Origin: Escherichia coli | GTDB lineage: Bacteria > Pseudomonadota > Gammaproteobacteria > Enterobacterales > Enterobacteriaceae | Direction: 5' to 3' (one strand) | Length of the DNA stretch: 64,000 bases | NCBI RefSeq assembly: GCF_016903815.1 | Contig: NZ_CP069973.1 | Part shown: positions 1 to 11,677 of the stretch, one piece after another | Position numbering within the stretch: the first letter of the stretch is position 1 | Layout of the letters: each line of letters starts with the position of its first letter | The notes under the pieces: model-generated | What the model saw: only the letters and a program-made list of their open reading frames with translations | What the model was told of the DNA's origin: nothing | Databases searched by the model: none | Position numbers and translations under genes: made by a program

Positions 1-213
1 AAAGTGATGCAGGTAAGCGCAATGGCGGACCAGATGCTGCTGGATGCCAAAAATCCGCAAAGCGCGGGCAACCGACGCATTGAGATTATGGTGCTGACCA
101 AAAGTGCGTCCGATACGCTGTATCAATACTTTGGTCAGCATGGGGATAAAGTGGTGCAGCCGCTGGTGCAAAAGCTGGATAAGCAGCAGGTGCTTTCGCA
201 GCGAACGCGCTAG
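1..213 (+). CDS. lafU: 3' end of MotB/OmpA-like flagellar motor protein (partial, runs off window start)
   Basis: ORF in frame from position 1, stop at 211-213; C-terminal sequence (…NRRIEIMVLTK…) looks OmpA-like; sits immediately upstream of dinB as in E. coli. Symbol is from recollection of gene order. Confidence 0.45.
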   Translation, partial: KVMQVSAMADQMLLDAKNPQSAGNRRIEIMVLTKSASDTLYQYFGQHGDKVVQPLVQKLDKQQVLSQRTR

Positions 214-249
214 ATGCTGAATCTTTACGCATTTCTCAAACCCTGAAAT

Positions 250-269
250 CACTGTATACTTTACCAGTG
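250..269. promoter_or_regulatory. LexA (SOS) box upstream of dinB
   Basis: Palindrome cACTGTATACTTTACCAGTg fits the CTGT-N8-xCAG LexA pattern, about 15 bp before the dinB start. Confidence 0.7.
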
Positions 270-283
270 TTGAGAGGTGAGCA

Positions 284-1339
284 ATGCGTAAAATCATTCA
301 TGTGGATATGGACTGCTTTTTCGCCGCAGTGGAGATGCGCGACAATCCCGCCCTGCGCGATATCCCTATTGCTATTGGCGGCAGCCGCGAACGTCGGGGG
401 GTGATCAGCACCGCCAATTATCCCGCGCGTAAATTTGGCGTACGTAGCGCTATGCCGACAGGGATGGCGCTCAAATTATGCCCACATCTCACCTTGCTTC
501 CGGGGCGCTTTGACGCCTACAAAGAAGCCTCAAATCATATCCGTGAAATCTTCTCGCGCTACACCTCGCGTATTGAACCGTTGTCACTGGATGAAGCCTA
601 TCTCGATGTCACTGATAGCGTCCATTGCCACGGTTCTGCGACCCTCATCGCCCAGGAAATCCGCCAGACAATCTTCAACGAGCTGCAACTGACGGCGTCT
701 GCGGGCGTGGCACCAGTAAAGTTTCTCGCCAAAATCGCCTCCGACATGAATAAACCCAACGGCCAGTTTGTGATTACGCCGGCAGAAGTTCCGACATTTT
801 TACAAACCTTACCGCTGGCAAAAATCCCCGGCGTCGGCAAAGTCTCGGCGGCAAAACTGGAAGCGATGGGGCTGCGGACCTGCGGTGATGTGCAAAAGTG
901 TGATCTGGTGACTCTGCTCAAACGTTTTGGCAAATTTGGCCGCATTTTGTGGGAGCGTAGTCAGGGGATTGACGAGCGCGACGTTAACAGCGAACGGTTG
1001 CGAAAATCTGTCGGCGTGGAACGCACGATGGCGGAAGATATTCATCACTGGTCTGAATGTGAAGCGATTATCGAGCGGCTGTATCCGGAACTTGAACGTC
1101 GTCTGGCAAAAGTAAAACCTGATTTACTGATTGCTCGCCAGGGGGTGAAATTAAAGTTCGACGATTTTCAGCAAACTACTCAGGAGCACGTCTGGCCGCG
1201 GCTGAATAAAGCTGATCTAATCGCCACCGCGCGTAAAACCTGGGATGAACGCCGCGGCGGGCGCGGTGTGCGACTGGTGGGGCTGCATGTGACGTTGCTT
1301 GACCCTCAAATGGAAAGACAACTGGTGCTGGGATTATGA
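284..1339 (+). CDS. dinB: DNA polymerase IV (Y-family translesion polymerase)
   Basis: 351-aa ORF; N-terminus [20 protein letters not shown] is the typical Y-family start; preceded by a LexA box; followed by yafNOP. Confidence 0.95.
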   Translation: MRKIIHVDMDCFFAAVEMRDNPALRDIPIAIGGSRERRGVISTANYPARKFGVRSAMPTGMALKLCPHLTLLPGRFDAYKEASNHIREIFSRYTSRIEPLSLDEAYLDVTDSVHCHGSATLIAQEIRQTIFNELQLTASAGVAPVKFLAKIASDMNKPNGQFVITPAEVPTFLQTLPLAKIPGVGKVSAAKLEAMGLRTCGDVQKCDLVTLLKRFGKFGRILWERSQGIDERDVNSERLRKSVGVERTMAEDIHHWSECEAIIERLYPELERRLAKVKPDLLIARQGVKLKFDDFQQTTQEHVWPRLNKADLIATARKTWDERRGGRGVRLVGLHVTLLDPQMERQLVLGL

Positions 1340-1390
1340 TGTATACTATTATGTCTATTCTGGTGTGCATTATTATGAGGGGATCACTGT

Positions 1391-1684
1391 ATGCATCGAA
1401 TTCTCGCTGAAAAATCGGTCAATATCACTGAGTTACGTAAAAACCCAGCTAAATACTTTATTGATCAACCGGTTGCGGTTCTTTCTAATAATCGCCCCGC
1501 AGGATATCTCTTAAGTGCCAGCGCATTCGAAGCGTTAATGGACATGCTTGCTGAACAAGAGGAGAAAAAGCCCATAAAGGCGCGCTTCCGTCCGAGTGCT
1601 GCAAGATTAGAGGAAATTACACGCCGCGCTGAACAATATCTTAATGATATGACGGATGATGATTTCAATGACTTTAAGGAATAA
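1391..1684 (+). CDS. yafN: Type II antitoxin YafN
   Basis: 97-aa ORF immediately followed (2-bp gap) by the toxin ORF; Phd/YefM-like sequence. Confidence 0.85.
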   Translation: MHRILAEKSVNITELRKNPAKYFIDQPVAVLSNNRPAGYLLSASAFEALMDMLAEQEEKKPIKARFRPSAARLEEITRRAEQYLNDMTDDDFNDFKE

Positions 1685-1686
1685 GG

Positions 1687-2085
1687 ATGCGGGTATTCAA
1701 AACAAAACTTATTCGCCTGCAACTTACAGCAGAGGAACTTGATGCGTTAACGGCGGATTTTATTTCCTATAAGCGTGACGGTATTTTGCCAGATATATTT
1801 GGTCGCGATGCACTCTACGACGACTCGTTTACCTGGCCATTAATCAAATTTGAGCGAGTTGCTCATATTCATCTGGCAAATGTGAATAATCCATTTCCGC
1901 CACAGTTGCGCCAATTCAGCAGAACGAATGACGAAGCGCATTTGGTATATTGTCAGGGGGCGTTTGATGAGCAAGCATGGTTGCTCATTGCCATTCTGAA
2001 GCCTGAACCTCATAAACTGGCTCGAGATAACAACCAAATGCATAAAATTGGAAAAATGGCAGAAGCGTTTCGCATGCGTTTTTGA
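1687..2085 (+). CDS. yafO: Type II toxin YafO (ribosome-dependent mRNA interferase)
   Basis: 132-aa ORF tightly coupled to yafN in the dinB operon. Confidence 0.85.
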   Translation: MRVFKTKLIRLQLTAEELDALTADFISYKRDGILPDIFGRDALYDDSFTWPLIKFERVAHIHLANVNNPFPPQLRQFSRTNDEAHLVYCQGAFDEQAWLLIAILKPEPHKLARDNNQMHKIGKMAEAFRMRF

Positions 2086-2094
2086 ATTTATATT

Positions 2095-2547
2095 ATGAAT
2101 AACATACAAATAAGAGATTATCAGCCTGGCGATTTTCAGCAACTATGCGCTATTTTCATTAGAGCGGTTACGATGACCGCCAGTCAGCATTATTCACCAC
2201 AACAAATTGCCGCCTGGGCGCAGATTGACGAATCTCGCTGGAAGGAGAAACTCGCGAAATCACAAGTGCGGGTTGCAGTCATTAATGCAAAACTGGTCGG
2301 CTTTATTACCTGCGTTGAACACTATATCGATATGTTATTTGTTGACCCTGAATACACCCGCCGTGGGGTTGCCAGCGCTTTGTTAAAACCTTTGATTAAG
2401 TCTGAATCCGAACTTACAGTGGACGCCAGCATAACCGCAAAACCCTTTTTTGAACGTTATGGTTTTCAGACAGTTAAGCAGCAGCGCGTTGAATGCAGGG
2501 GAGCGTGGTTTACTAATTTTTCTATGCGATATAAACCGCAACATTAA
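2095..2547 (+). CDS. yafP: GNAT-family N-acetyltransferase
   Basis: 150-aa ORF, last gene of the dinB-yafNOP operon; GNAT-like sequence. Confidence 0.8.
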   Translation: MNNIQIRDYQPGDFQQLCAIFIRAVTMTASQHYSPQQIAAWAQIDESRWKEKLAKSQVRVAVINAKLVGFITCVEHYIDMLFVDPEYTRRGVASALLKPLIKSESELTVDASITAKPFFERYGFQTVKQQRVECRGAWFTNFSMRYKPQH

Positions 2548-2791
2548 ATCCAGCTTGCAATGAAAATAACGCCCGCCTGGTATGTGCGCGTTTTCTTATT
2601 CCACAAACTGCAAGGAGGTAAATCATGACAAATCCTTTATCAATGACTCTTTGCAGACCTTTCCAGGATTAATTCTTTTTTCTTGCCCTGGATTCGTCTG
2701 CCATTTCCTGATTTTTATATTTATATACTCTAAATAATTCGAGTCGCAGTACATGCAACTTGAAGTATGACGAGTATAAATGGAATGATAC

Positions 2792-2994
2792 ATGGGCAAA
2801 TATATTCGTCCCTTATCCGATGCGGTATTTACCATCGCATCTGATGACCTGTGGATCGAGAGTTTAGCGATTCAACAATTACACACCACGGCAAATTTAC
2901 CCAACATGCAGCGCGTAGTAGGGATGCCAGATTTACACCCCGGACGCGGCTACCCGATTGGCGCAGCGTTATTCTCTGTTGGTCGTTTTTACCC
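2792..2994 (+). pseudogene. ykfJ: RtcB-like RNA ligase N-terminal fragment
   Basis: Short ORF with RtcB-like motif ([15 protein letters not shown]) that then runs out of frame; 3' boundary approximate. Confidence 0.55.
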
Positions 2995-3346
2995 GGCAAG
3001 ACGTCGCGGTAACGGTGCTGGAAACAGAAACGGGCCGCTACTCTGACACGCTGCGTTCGGCGCTGATTTCTCTGGATGGCGATAACGCATGGGCATTAAG
3101 CGAAAGTTGGTGCGGCACTATTCAGTGGATTTGTCCGAGTCCGTATCGGCCTCATCATGGGCGCAAAAACTTGTTTCTGGGCATGCTAACAAGCGGCTGG
3201 CGCGATTGCTGATTGCCTGGACGCTGGAACAACAGCAACAGGAAAATAGCGCGGTGCTGAAATCGCGGCGGCGAATGTTCCATCACCAGATTGAACGTGG
3301 CAACCCGAGACGGACATTTACAGGGATGGCTTTTATCGAAGGATAA
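2995..3346 (+). pseudogene. prfH: Peptide-chain-release-factor homologue, disrupted
   Basis: PrfH-like segments split between two frames (ORFs 2958-3212 and 3089-3346); fused to the RtcB fragment by an apparent deletion. Confidence 0.55.
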
Positions 3347-3402
3347 TGAAGGATGAAACTGCCGGAAGGCGATTAAACGCCATCCGGCAGCAAATCAAAT
3401 AA

Positions 3403-4860
3403 TTACTTCGCCGGAATTTCTTTCAGCAGCTCAGTCAGCAGTGTCCAGTAATGACCTACGCTTTCGATGTGAACTTGCTCATCCGGAGAGTGTGGACCGG
3501 TGATTGTTGGCCCGATAGAAACCATGTCCATTTCCGGATACGGTTTTTTGAACAGACCACATTCCAGGCCCGCGTGGATAATCTGGATGTTCGGCGTCTT
3601 GTTGAACAGACGCTGATAAGTTTCACGTACCAGATGCATCACCGGAGAATTAGCGTCCGGCTGCCAGCCAGGATATGCGCCTTTCGCTTCGGTTTTCGCG
3701 CCAGCCAGTTTACCCAGCGAATCCAGCATGCTCACCACGTAGTCTTTACCGCTGTCGATCAGAGAACGGATCAGGCAGTGAATTTCTACGTTATTGTCAG
3801 TCATGGTCACCACACCGACGTTCAGGGAGGTTTCCACCACACCTTTTGCCACATCGGAATTGCGGATCACACCGTTCGGGGTGGCGTTCAGCAGACGAAT
3901 AAAGGTATCGCGAGATTTCGCAATCAGGGCAGCTTTATCGTTCGCAACAGAGTCCAGCAGCAATGCCAGATTTTTCTCTTTCTCTGCCAGCTCGTTTTTC
4001 AGGATCTCCTGATAGGTATTCACCAGAGATTTCAGGGCGTCGACTTTATCAGCTGCGACAGCAATGGTCGCAAAGGCTTCACGCGGGATGGCGTTACGCA
4101 GTGTGCCACCGTTGAAATCGATAAGGCGCAGGTCCAGCTCTTCTGCATGACCCGCCAGGAAGCGCACCAGCAGTTTGTTGGCATTACCCAGGCCAACGTG
4201 GATTTCACCGCCGGAGTGACCGCCTTTCAGGCCTTTTAAGGTTAACTTGAAGGTTTCAAAACCAGCTGGAACCGCTTCACGATCTAAATGCAGGTTGGAG
4301 GTGAAGTCGATACCCCCCGCGCAACCCATGTAGATTTCACCTTCCTCTTCGGAGTCGGTGTTAATCAGAATATCAGCCTGCAACCAGTTGCTCTGTAAGC
4401 CAAAAGCACCATCCATACCGGCTTCTTCGGTCATGGTCAGCAGCACTTCCAGCGGGCCGTGAACCACGTTTTCGTCAGCCAGAACAGCCAGCGCAGACGC
4501 CATACCAATGCCGTTATCCGCACCCAGCGTGGTGCCGCGCGCTTTAACCCATTCGCCATCAATATAAGGCTGGATAGGATCTTTAGTGAAGTCATGCACG
4601 GTGTCGTTATTTTTCTGCGGCACCATATCGAGGTGGGCCTGCAAGACGACTGGTTTACGATTTTCCATACCTGCGGTAGCAGGTTTACGAATCAGGATAT
4701 TACCTACCTGATCGCGTTCGACATGGAAACCTTTCTCTTTTGCCCAACCAACAATGTATTCAGCGAGTTGCTCTTCATGATAGGACGGGTGAGGAATAGA
4801 ACAGATTTTGGCAAAAATATCCCACAGCGGCTGTGGAGATAATTGAGACAGTTCAGACAC
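3403..4860 (-). CDS. pepD: Cytosol non-specific dipeptidase (peptidase D)
   Basis: 485-aa ORF; M20-family peptidase sequence, recognised as PepD. Confidence 0.95.
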   Translation of the reverse strand: MSELSQLSPQPLWDIFAKICSIPHPSYHEEQLAEYIVGWAKEKGFHVERDQVGNILIRKPATAGMENRKPVVLQAHLDMVPQKNNDTVHDFTKDPIQPYIDGEWVKARGTTLGADNGIGMASALAVLADENVVHGPLEVLLTMTEEAGMDGAFGLQSNWLQADILINTDSEEEGEIYMGCAGGIDFTSNLHLDREAVPAGFETFKLTLKGLKGGHSGGEIHVGLGNANKLLVRFLAGHAEELDLRLIDFNGGTLRNAIPREAFATIAVAADKVDALKSLVNTYQEILKNELAEKEKNLALLLDSVANDKAALIAKSRDTFIRLLNATPNGVIRNSDVAKGVVETSLNVGVVTMTDNNVEIHCLIRSLIDSGKDYVVSMLDSLGKLAGAKTEAKGAYPGWQPDANSPVMHLVRETYQRLFNKTPNIQIIHAGLECGLFKKPYPEMDMVSIGPTITGPHSPDEQVHIESVGHYWTLLTELLKEIPAK

Positions 4861-5120
4861 GTTAAGTCTCCTTGTCGATCACCCGCAAAACAGTATTGCA
4901 GGTCACAGGGTTAGCAGAAAATGTTGTCAACACAAGACAGGCTTGCGAGATATGTTTGAGAATACCACTTTATCCCGCGTCAGGGAGAGGCAGTGCGTAA
5001 AAAGACGCGGACTCATGTGAAATACTGGTTTTTAGTGCGCCAGATCTCTATAATCTCGCGCAACCTATTTTCCCCTCGAACACTTTTTAAGCCGTAGATA
5101 AACAGGCTGGGACACTTCAC

Positions 5121-5579
5121 ATGAGCGAAAAATACATCGTCACCTGGGACATGTTGCAGATCCATGCACGTAAACTCGCAAGCCGACTGATGCCTTCTGA
5201 ACAATGGAAAGGCATTATTGCCGTAAGCCGTGGCGGTCTGGTACCGGGTGCGTTACTGGCGCGTGAACTGGGTATTCGTCATGTCGATACCGTTTGTATT
5301 TCCAGCTACGATCACGACAACCAGCGCGAGCTTAAAGTGCTGAAACGCGCAGAAGGCGATGGCGAAGGCTTCATCGTTATTGATGACCTGGTGGATACCG
5401 GTGGTACTGCGGTTGCGATTCGTGAAATGTATCCAAAAGCGCACTTTGTCACCATCTTCGCAAAACCGGCTGGTCGCCCGCTGGTTGATGATTATGTTGT
5501 TGATATCCCGCAAGATACCTGGATCGAACAGCCGTGGGATATGGGCGTCGTATTCGTCCCGCCAATCTCCGGTCGCTAA
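5121..5579 (+). CDS. gpt: Xanthine-guanine phosphoribosyltransferase
   Basis: 152-aa ORF with PRTase motif ([11 protein letters not shown]). Confidence 0.95.
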
Positions 5580-5586
5580 TCTTTTC

Positions 5587-5619
5587 AACGCCTGGCACTG
5601 CCGGGCGTTGTTCTTTTTA
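5587..5619 (+). terminator. Probable rho-independent terminator after gpt
   Basis: GC stem (caacgcc…ggcgttg) followed by a T-run. Confidence 0.5.
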
Positions 5620-5670
5620 ACTTCAGGCGGGTTACAATAGTTTCCAGTAAGTATTCTGGAGGCTGCATCC

Positions 5671-6915
5671 ATGACACAGGCAAACCTGAGCGAAACCCTG
5701 TTCAAACCCCGCTTTAAACATCCTGAAACCTCGACGCTAGTCCGCCGCTTTAATCACGGCGCACAACCGCCTGTGCAGTCGGCCCTTGATGGTAAAACCA
5801 TCCCTCACTGGTATCGCATGATTAACCGTCTGATGTGGATCTGGCGCGGCATTGACCCACGTGAAATCCTCGACGTCCAGGCACGTATTGTGATGAGCGA
5901 TGCCGAACGTACCGACGATGATTTATACGATACGGTGATTGGCTACCGTGGTGGCAACTGGATTTATGAGTGGGCCACCCAGGCGATGGTGTGGCAACAA
6001 AAAGCCTGTGCGGAAGAAGATCCGCAACTCAGTGGTCGTCACTGGCTGCATGCGGCTACGTTGTACAACATTGCCGCCTATCCTCATCTGAAAGGAGATG
6101 ACCTGGCCGAGCAAGCGCAGGCTTTGTCAAACCGCGCCTATGAAGAGGCCGCTCAGCGTCTGCCGGGCACCATGCGGCAGATGGAGTTTACCGTACCCGG
6201 CGGTGCGCCCATCACCGGCTTTTTGCATATGCCGAAAGGCGATGGCCCGTTCCCGACAGTATTAATGTGTGGTGGTCTGGATGCGATGCAGACGGACTAT
6301 TACAGCCTGTATGAACGTTATTTTGCGCCGCGCGGCATTGCGATGCTGACTATTGATATGCCGTCGGTGGGCTTTTCTTCAAAATGGAAGCTCACCCAGG
6401 ACTCCAGCCTGTTGCATCAGCACGTCTTAAAGGCGCTGCCTAACGTACCGTGGGTAGATCACACTCGCGTCGCGGCCTTTGGTTTCCGTTTCGGCGCTAA
6501 CGTTGCCGTGCGTCTGGCATACCTTGAATCGCCGCGTCTGAAAGCGGTTGCCTGTCTTGGTCCGGTAGTTCATACCCTGTTGAGTGATTTTAAGTGCCAG
6601 CAACAGGTGCCGGAAATGTATCTTGACGTTCTGGCGAGCCGTTTGGGGATGCATGATGCTTCCGACGAAGCGTTGCGCGTGGAGCTGAATCGCTATTCAT
6701 TAAAAGTGCAAGGATTGCTGGGACGTCGCTGCCCAACGCCAATGTTATCAGGCTACTGGAAGAACGATCCGTTCAGCCCGGAAGAGGACTCACGCTTAAT
6801 CACCTCATCATCTGCTGACGGTAAATTGTTAGAGATCCCATTTAACCCGGTGTATCGGAATTTTGACAAAGGTCTTCAGGAAATCACCGACTGGATTGAA
6901 AAACGATTGTGTTAA
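5671..6915 (+). CDS. frsA: Fermentation/respiration switch protein (esterase)
   Basis: 414-aa ORF recognised as FrsA. Confidence 0.9.
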
Positions 6916-7374
<459 letters not shown>

Positions 7375-7393
7375 GTGAAATGTGCCGGATGCA

Positions 7394-7414
7394 TCACATC
7401 CGGCAATATCCATT
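7394..7414. terminator. Hairpin between convergent crl and phoE
   Basis: Inverted repeat gccggatg / catccggc between two convergent genes; overlaps the phoE stop codon. Confidence 0.4.
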
Positions 7415-8468
7415 AAAACTGATAGGTCATGCCAACCGCGACAATATCATCATTATTGATGTTCAGCTTATTATCGCTATCCAGTTGGTTGATTTTATAA
7501 TCAACAAACGCTGACATATTTTTGTTGAAATAATATGTAGCACCGACGTCGATATAATTGACCAGATCTTCATCACCGATACCTTCAATATCTTTCCCTT
7601 TCGATAAGACATAACCCAGGGATGGACGCAGACCAAAGTCAAACTGGTATTGAGCGACCGCTTCAAAGTTCTGTGTCTTATTGGCAAAGCCGCCAGTTAT
7701 TGGCGTCATTTTGCGTGTTTCAGAATAGAAAGTTGCCAGATAAATATTATTGGCATCGTATTTCAGACCTGTTGCCCATGCTTCTGCACGCTTGCCTGTG
7801 CCACGGCTTTGCAGGTTCTGCTCGTTAGTGCGATCGGAGTTGGTATAGGCCCCACTGATGGCGAAATCGCTGCCACCAAAGTCATATGTCAATGACGTAC
7901 CGAAGCCATCGCCGTTTTGCTTTTTAACGTCGCGGTTTTCGTTTTTCCCTTGATATTGCAGGGTTAAGTTCAGGCCATCGATAACGCCGAAGAAGTCGGT
8001 GTTACGGTAAGTAGCCAGACCGCTGGCGCGTTTGGTCATAAAGTTGTCGGTCTGCGCCGAGGAGTCGCCACCAAATTCCGGGAACATATCGGTCCAGGCT
8101 TCCACGTCATACAGCGCGCCCAGGTTACGACCATAATCGAAAGAACCCAAATCTTTATATTTCAACCCGGCAAAAGCGAGACGCGTTTTTTGCTGTGCAG
8201 TATCACTCTCCGCTTTATTACCGGCAAACTCCGCTTCCCACCGACCATAACCCGTCAGTTGATCGTTAATTTGTGTTTCGCCTTTAAAACCAAAACGGAT
8301 ATAACTCTGGTCGCCATCTTTACTGTCGTTATCACTCATATAATGCATGGCTTTAACTTTGCCATAGACATCCAGTTTATTACCGTCTTTGTTATATATT
8401 TCTGCGGCCTGTACGGATGCAGATGCCACAATGCCCATCACCACTAATGCCAGAGTGCTCTTTTTCAT
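7413..8468 (-). CDS. phoE: Phosphate-starvation outer-membrane porin PhoE
   Basis: Porin sequence with signal peptide [21 protein letters not shown]; start moved to the second in-frame Met to give 351 aa. Confidence 0.9.
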   Translation of the reverse strand: MKKSTLALVVMGIVASASVQAAEIYNKDGNKLDVYGKVKAMHYMSDNDSKDGDQSYIRFGFKGETQINDQLTGYGRWEAEFAGNKAESDTAQQKTRLAFAGLKYKDLGSFDYGRNLGALYDVEAWTDMFPEFGGDSSAQTDNFMTKRASGLATYRNTDFFGVIDGLNLTLQYQGKNENRDVKKQNGDGFGTSLTYDFGGSDFAISGAYTNSDRTNEQNLQSRGTGKRAEAWATGLKYDANNIYLATFYSETRKMTPITGGFANKTQNFEAVAQYQFDFGLRPSLGYVLSKGKDIEGIGDEDLVNYIDVGATYYFNKNMSAFVDYKINQLDSDNKLNINNDDIVAVGMTYQF

Positions 8469-8541
8469 TTTCATTCCTGATTTTAATTAACGCGCGAATA
8501 TTCAGCGGGAGAGTCCCGTTGAAAACAGGAAAGTTTTTAAC

Positions 8542-8568
8542 CTGAGATTGTTAAAGATATATTACAGA
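8542..8568 (-). promoter_or_regulatory. Pho box (PhoB site) of the phoE promoter
   Basis: Minus-strand reading CTGTAATATATCTTTAACAATCTCAGG contains tandem CTGTAAT-like repeats upstream of phoE. Confidence 0.6.
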
Positions 8569-8755
8569 TTAATAATATTCTTAAAATGTGGTAATTTATT
8601 AAATCTGTAATAAAAGCGTAAACAACTGCCGCTACGCTTGCTGATCCCGCGCAACAAAACACCATGCTTTGCTCGCAGATGGTTGGCAACCGACGACAGT
8701 CCTGCTAAAACGTTCGTTTGATATCATTTTTCCTAAAATTGAATGGCAGAGAATC

Positions 8756-9859
8756 ATGAGTGACAGCCAGACGCTGGTGGTAAAACTCGGCACCAGTGTG
8801 CTAACAGGCGGATCGCGCCGCCTGAACCGTGCCCATATTGTTGAACTCGTTCGCCAGTGCGCGCAGTTACATGCCGCCGGGCATCGGATTGTTATTGTGA
8901 CGTCGGGCGCGATTGCCGCCGGACGTGAGCACCTGGGTTACCCAGAACTACCAGCGACTATCGCCTCGAAACAACTGCTGGCGGCGGTAGGGCAGAGTCG
9001 ACTGATTCAACTGTGGGAACAGCTGTTTTCTATTTATGGCATTCACGTCGGGCAAATGCTGCTGACCCGTGCTGATATGGAAGACCGTGAACGCTTCCTG
9101 AACGCCCGCGACACCCTGCGTGCGTTGCTCGATAACAATATCGTTCCGGTAATCAATGAGAACGATGCTGTCGCGACTGCAGAGATTAAGGTCGGCGATA
9201 ACGATAACCTTTCTGCGCTGGCGGCGATTCTGGCGGGTGCCGATAAACTGTTGCTGCTGACCGATCAAAAAGGTTTGTATACCGCTGACCCGCGCAGCAA
9301 TCCGCAGGCAGAACTGATTAAAGATGTTTACGGCATTGATGACGCACTGCGCGCGATTGCTGGCGACAGCGTTTCAGGCCTCGGAACTGGCGGCATGAGT
9401 ACCAAATTGCAGGCCGCGGACGTGGCTTGCCGTGCGGGTATCGACACCATTATTGCCGCGGGCAGCAAGCCGGGCGTTATTGGTGACGTGATGGAAGGCA
9501 TTTCCGTCGGTACGCTGTTCCATGCCCAGGCGACCCCGCTTGAAAACCGTAAACGCTGGATTTTCGGTGCACCACCTGCGGGTGAAATCACGGTAGATGA
9601 AGGGGCAACCGCCGCCATTCTTGAACGCGGCAGCTCCCTGTTGCCGAAAGGTATTAAAAGCGTGACTGGCAACTTCTCGCGTGGTGAAGTGATCCGCATT
9701 TGTAACCTCGAAGGTCGCGATATCGCCCACGGCGTCAGTCGTTACAACAGCGATGCATTACGCCGTATTGCCGGACACCACTCGCAAGAAATAGATGCAA
9801 TACTGGGATATGAATACGGCCCGGTTGCCGTTCACCGTGATGACATGATTACCCGTTAA
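8756..9859 (+). CDS. proB: Glutamate 5-kinase
   Basis: Start set at [14 protein letters not shown] (367 aa); the ORF-track start at 8669 is an over-extension. Confidence 0.9.
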
Positions 9860-9870
9860 GGAGCTGGCCG

Positions 9871-11124
9871 ATGCTGGAACAAATGGGCATTGCCGCGAAG
9901 CAAGCCTCGTATAAATTAGCGCAACTCTCCAGTCGCGAAAAAAATCGCGTGCTGGAAAAAATCGCCGATGAACTGGAAGCACAAAGCGAAATCATCCTCA
10001 ACGCTAACGCCCAGGATGTTGCTGACGCGCGTGCCAATGGCCTTAGCGAAGCGATGCTTGACCGTCTGGCACTGACGCCCGCACGGCTGAAAGGCATTGC
10101 CGATGATGTGCGCCAGGTGTGCAACCTCGCCGATCCGGTGGGGCAGGTGATTGATGGTGGTGTGCTGGACAGCGGTCTGCGTCTGGAGCGTCGTCGCGTA
10201 CCGCTGGGGGTGATTGGCGTGATTTATGAAGCTCGCCCGAACGTGACGGTTGATGTCGCTTCGCTGTGCCTGAAAACCGGTAACGCAGTGATCCTGCGTG
10301 GTGGCAAAGAAACCTGTCGCACTAACGCTGCAACGGTGGCGGTGATTCAGGACGCCCTGAAATCCTGCGATTTACCGGCAGGCGCAGTACAGGCGATTGA
10401 TAATCCTGACCGCGCGCTGGTCAGTGAAATGCTGCGTATGGATAAATACATCGACATGCTGATCCCGCGTGGTGGCGCTGGCCTGCATAAGCTGTGCCGC
10501 GAACAGTCGACAATCCCGGTGATCACAGGCGGTATAGGCGTATGCCATATTTACGTTGATGAAAGTGCAGAGATCGCTGAAGCCCTGAAAGTAATTGTCA
10601 ACGCGAAAACTCAGCGTCCGAGCACATGTAATACGGTAGAAACGTTGCTGGTAAATAAAAACATCGCCGATAGCTTCCTGCCCGCATTAAGCAAGCAAAT
10701 GGCGGAAAGCGGCGTGACATTACACGCAGATGTAGCTGCGCTGGCGCAGTTGCAGGCAGGCCCCGCGAAGGTGGTGGCTGTTAAAGCCGAAGAGTATGAC
10801 GATGAGTTTCTGTCATTAGATTTGAACGTCAAAATCGTCAGCGATCTTGACGATGCCATCGCCCATATTCGTGAACACGGCACACAACACTCCGATGCGA
10901 TCCTGACCCGCGATATGCGCAACGCCCAGCGTTTTGTTAACGAAGTGGATTCGTCCGCTGTTTACGTTAACGCCTCTACGCGTTTTACCGACGGCGGCCA
11001 GTTTGGACTGGGTGCGGAAGTGGCGGTAAGCACACAAAAACTCCACGCGCGTGGCCCAATGGGGCTGGAAGCACTGACCACTTACAAGTGGATCGGCATT
11101 GGTGATTACACCATTCGTGCGTAA
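9871..11124 (+). CDS. proA: Gamma-glutamyl phosphate reductase
   Basis: 417-aa ORF directly downstream of proB. Confidence 0.95.
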   Translation: MLEQMGIAAKQASYKLAQLSSREKNRVLEKIADELEAQSEIILNANAQDVADARANGLSEAMLDRLALTPARLKGIADDVRQVCNLADPVGQVIDGGVLDSGLRLERRRVPLGVIGVIYEARPNVTVDVASLCLKTGNAVILRGGKETCRTNAATVAVIQDALKSCDLPAGAVQAIDNPDRALVSEMLRMDKYIDMLIPRGGAGLHKLCREQSTIPVITGGIGVCHIYVDESAEIAEALKVIVNAKTQRPSTCNTVETLLVNKNIADSFLPALSKQMAESGVTLHADVAALAQLQAGPAKVVAVKAEEYDDEFLSLDLNVKIVSDLDDAIAHIREHGTQHSDAILTRDMRNAQRFVNEVDSSAVYVNASTRFTDGGQFGLGAEVAVSTQKLHARGPMGLEALTTYKWIGIGDYTIRA

Positions 11125-11238
11125 ATAAAACCGGGTGATGCAAAAGTAGCCATTTGATTCACAAGGCCATTGACGCATCGCCCGGTTAGTTTTAACCTTG
11201 TCCACCGTGATTCACGTTCGTGAACATGTCCTTTCAGG

Positions 11239-11314
11239 GCCGATATAGCTCAGTTGGTAGAGCAGCGCATTCGTAATGCGAAGGTCGGAGGTTCGACTCC
11301 TCTTATCGGCACCA
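11239..11314 (+). tRNA. thrW: tRNA-Thr (CGU anticodon)
   Basis: 76-nt sequence GCCGATATAGCTCAGTTGGTAGAGCAGC…GGTTCGACTCCTCTTATCGGCACCA with cloverleaf features and encoded CCA; position after proA matches thrW. Confidence 0.9.
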
Positions 11315-11328
11315 TTAAAATCAATAAG

Positions 11329-11595
11329 TTACACATCATTAGTACCTTCCTTATTTTTTGACTGGGACAAATTTGGGACCGATGGGTTCAGGACTGAGTC
11401 TATTTGCCGTGCGTGTTCGGTAAGGTGATTAGGCGCGAGGTGAGCATATCGACGAACCATTTCGATAGACTCCCAGCCTCCCATTTCTGAAAATGCAAGA
11501 AGAGAAACACTGGACTGAACCAGCCTGCTTGCCTTTGCTATCAAAGTACCTTGAAGGCCAGATGATTTCTGGCGATATTTACAGCGCTTCCGCAA
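11329..11595 (-). pseudogene. Tyrosine-recombinase (phage integrase) C-terminal remnant
   Basis: ORF ends in …[30 protein letters not shown]…, a typical P4-like integrase C-terminus; the upstream part is degenerate and there is no room for the catalytic core; lies 15 bp from the tRNA 3' end. Confidence 0.7.
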
Positions 11596-11677
11596 TGAGT
11601 TTTTCTCTGTGCCGCCAGAGGCGTTCCCCGCTTTTTCAGCACCGCAATAATGTCGGCGGAATGCCAGTCCTGTTGCA

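Noticed and set aside
435-1115. Several 60-115-aa ORFs in alternative frames within dinB
   Set aside because: Nested inside a well-supported gene; no independent start signals.
3451-4239. 262-aa ORF on the plus strand inside pepD
   Set aside because: Antisense to a strongly supported gene (pepD); His/Arg-rich, low-complexity translation typical of a shadow ORF.
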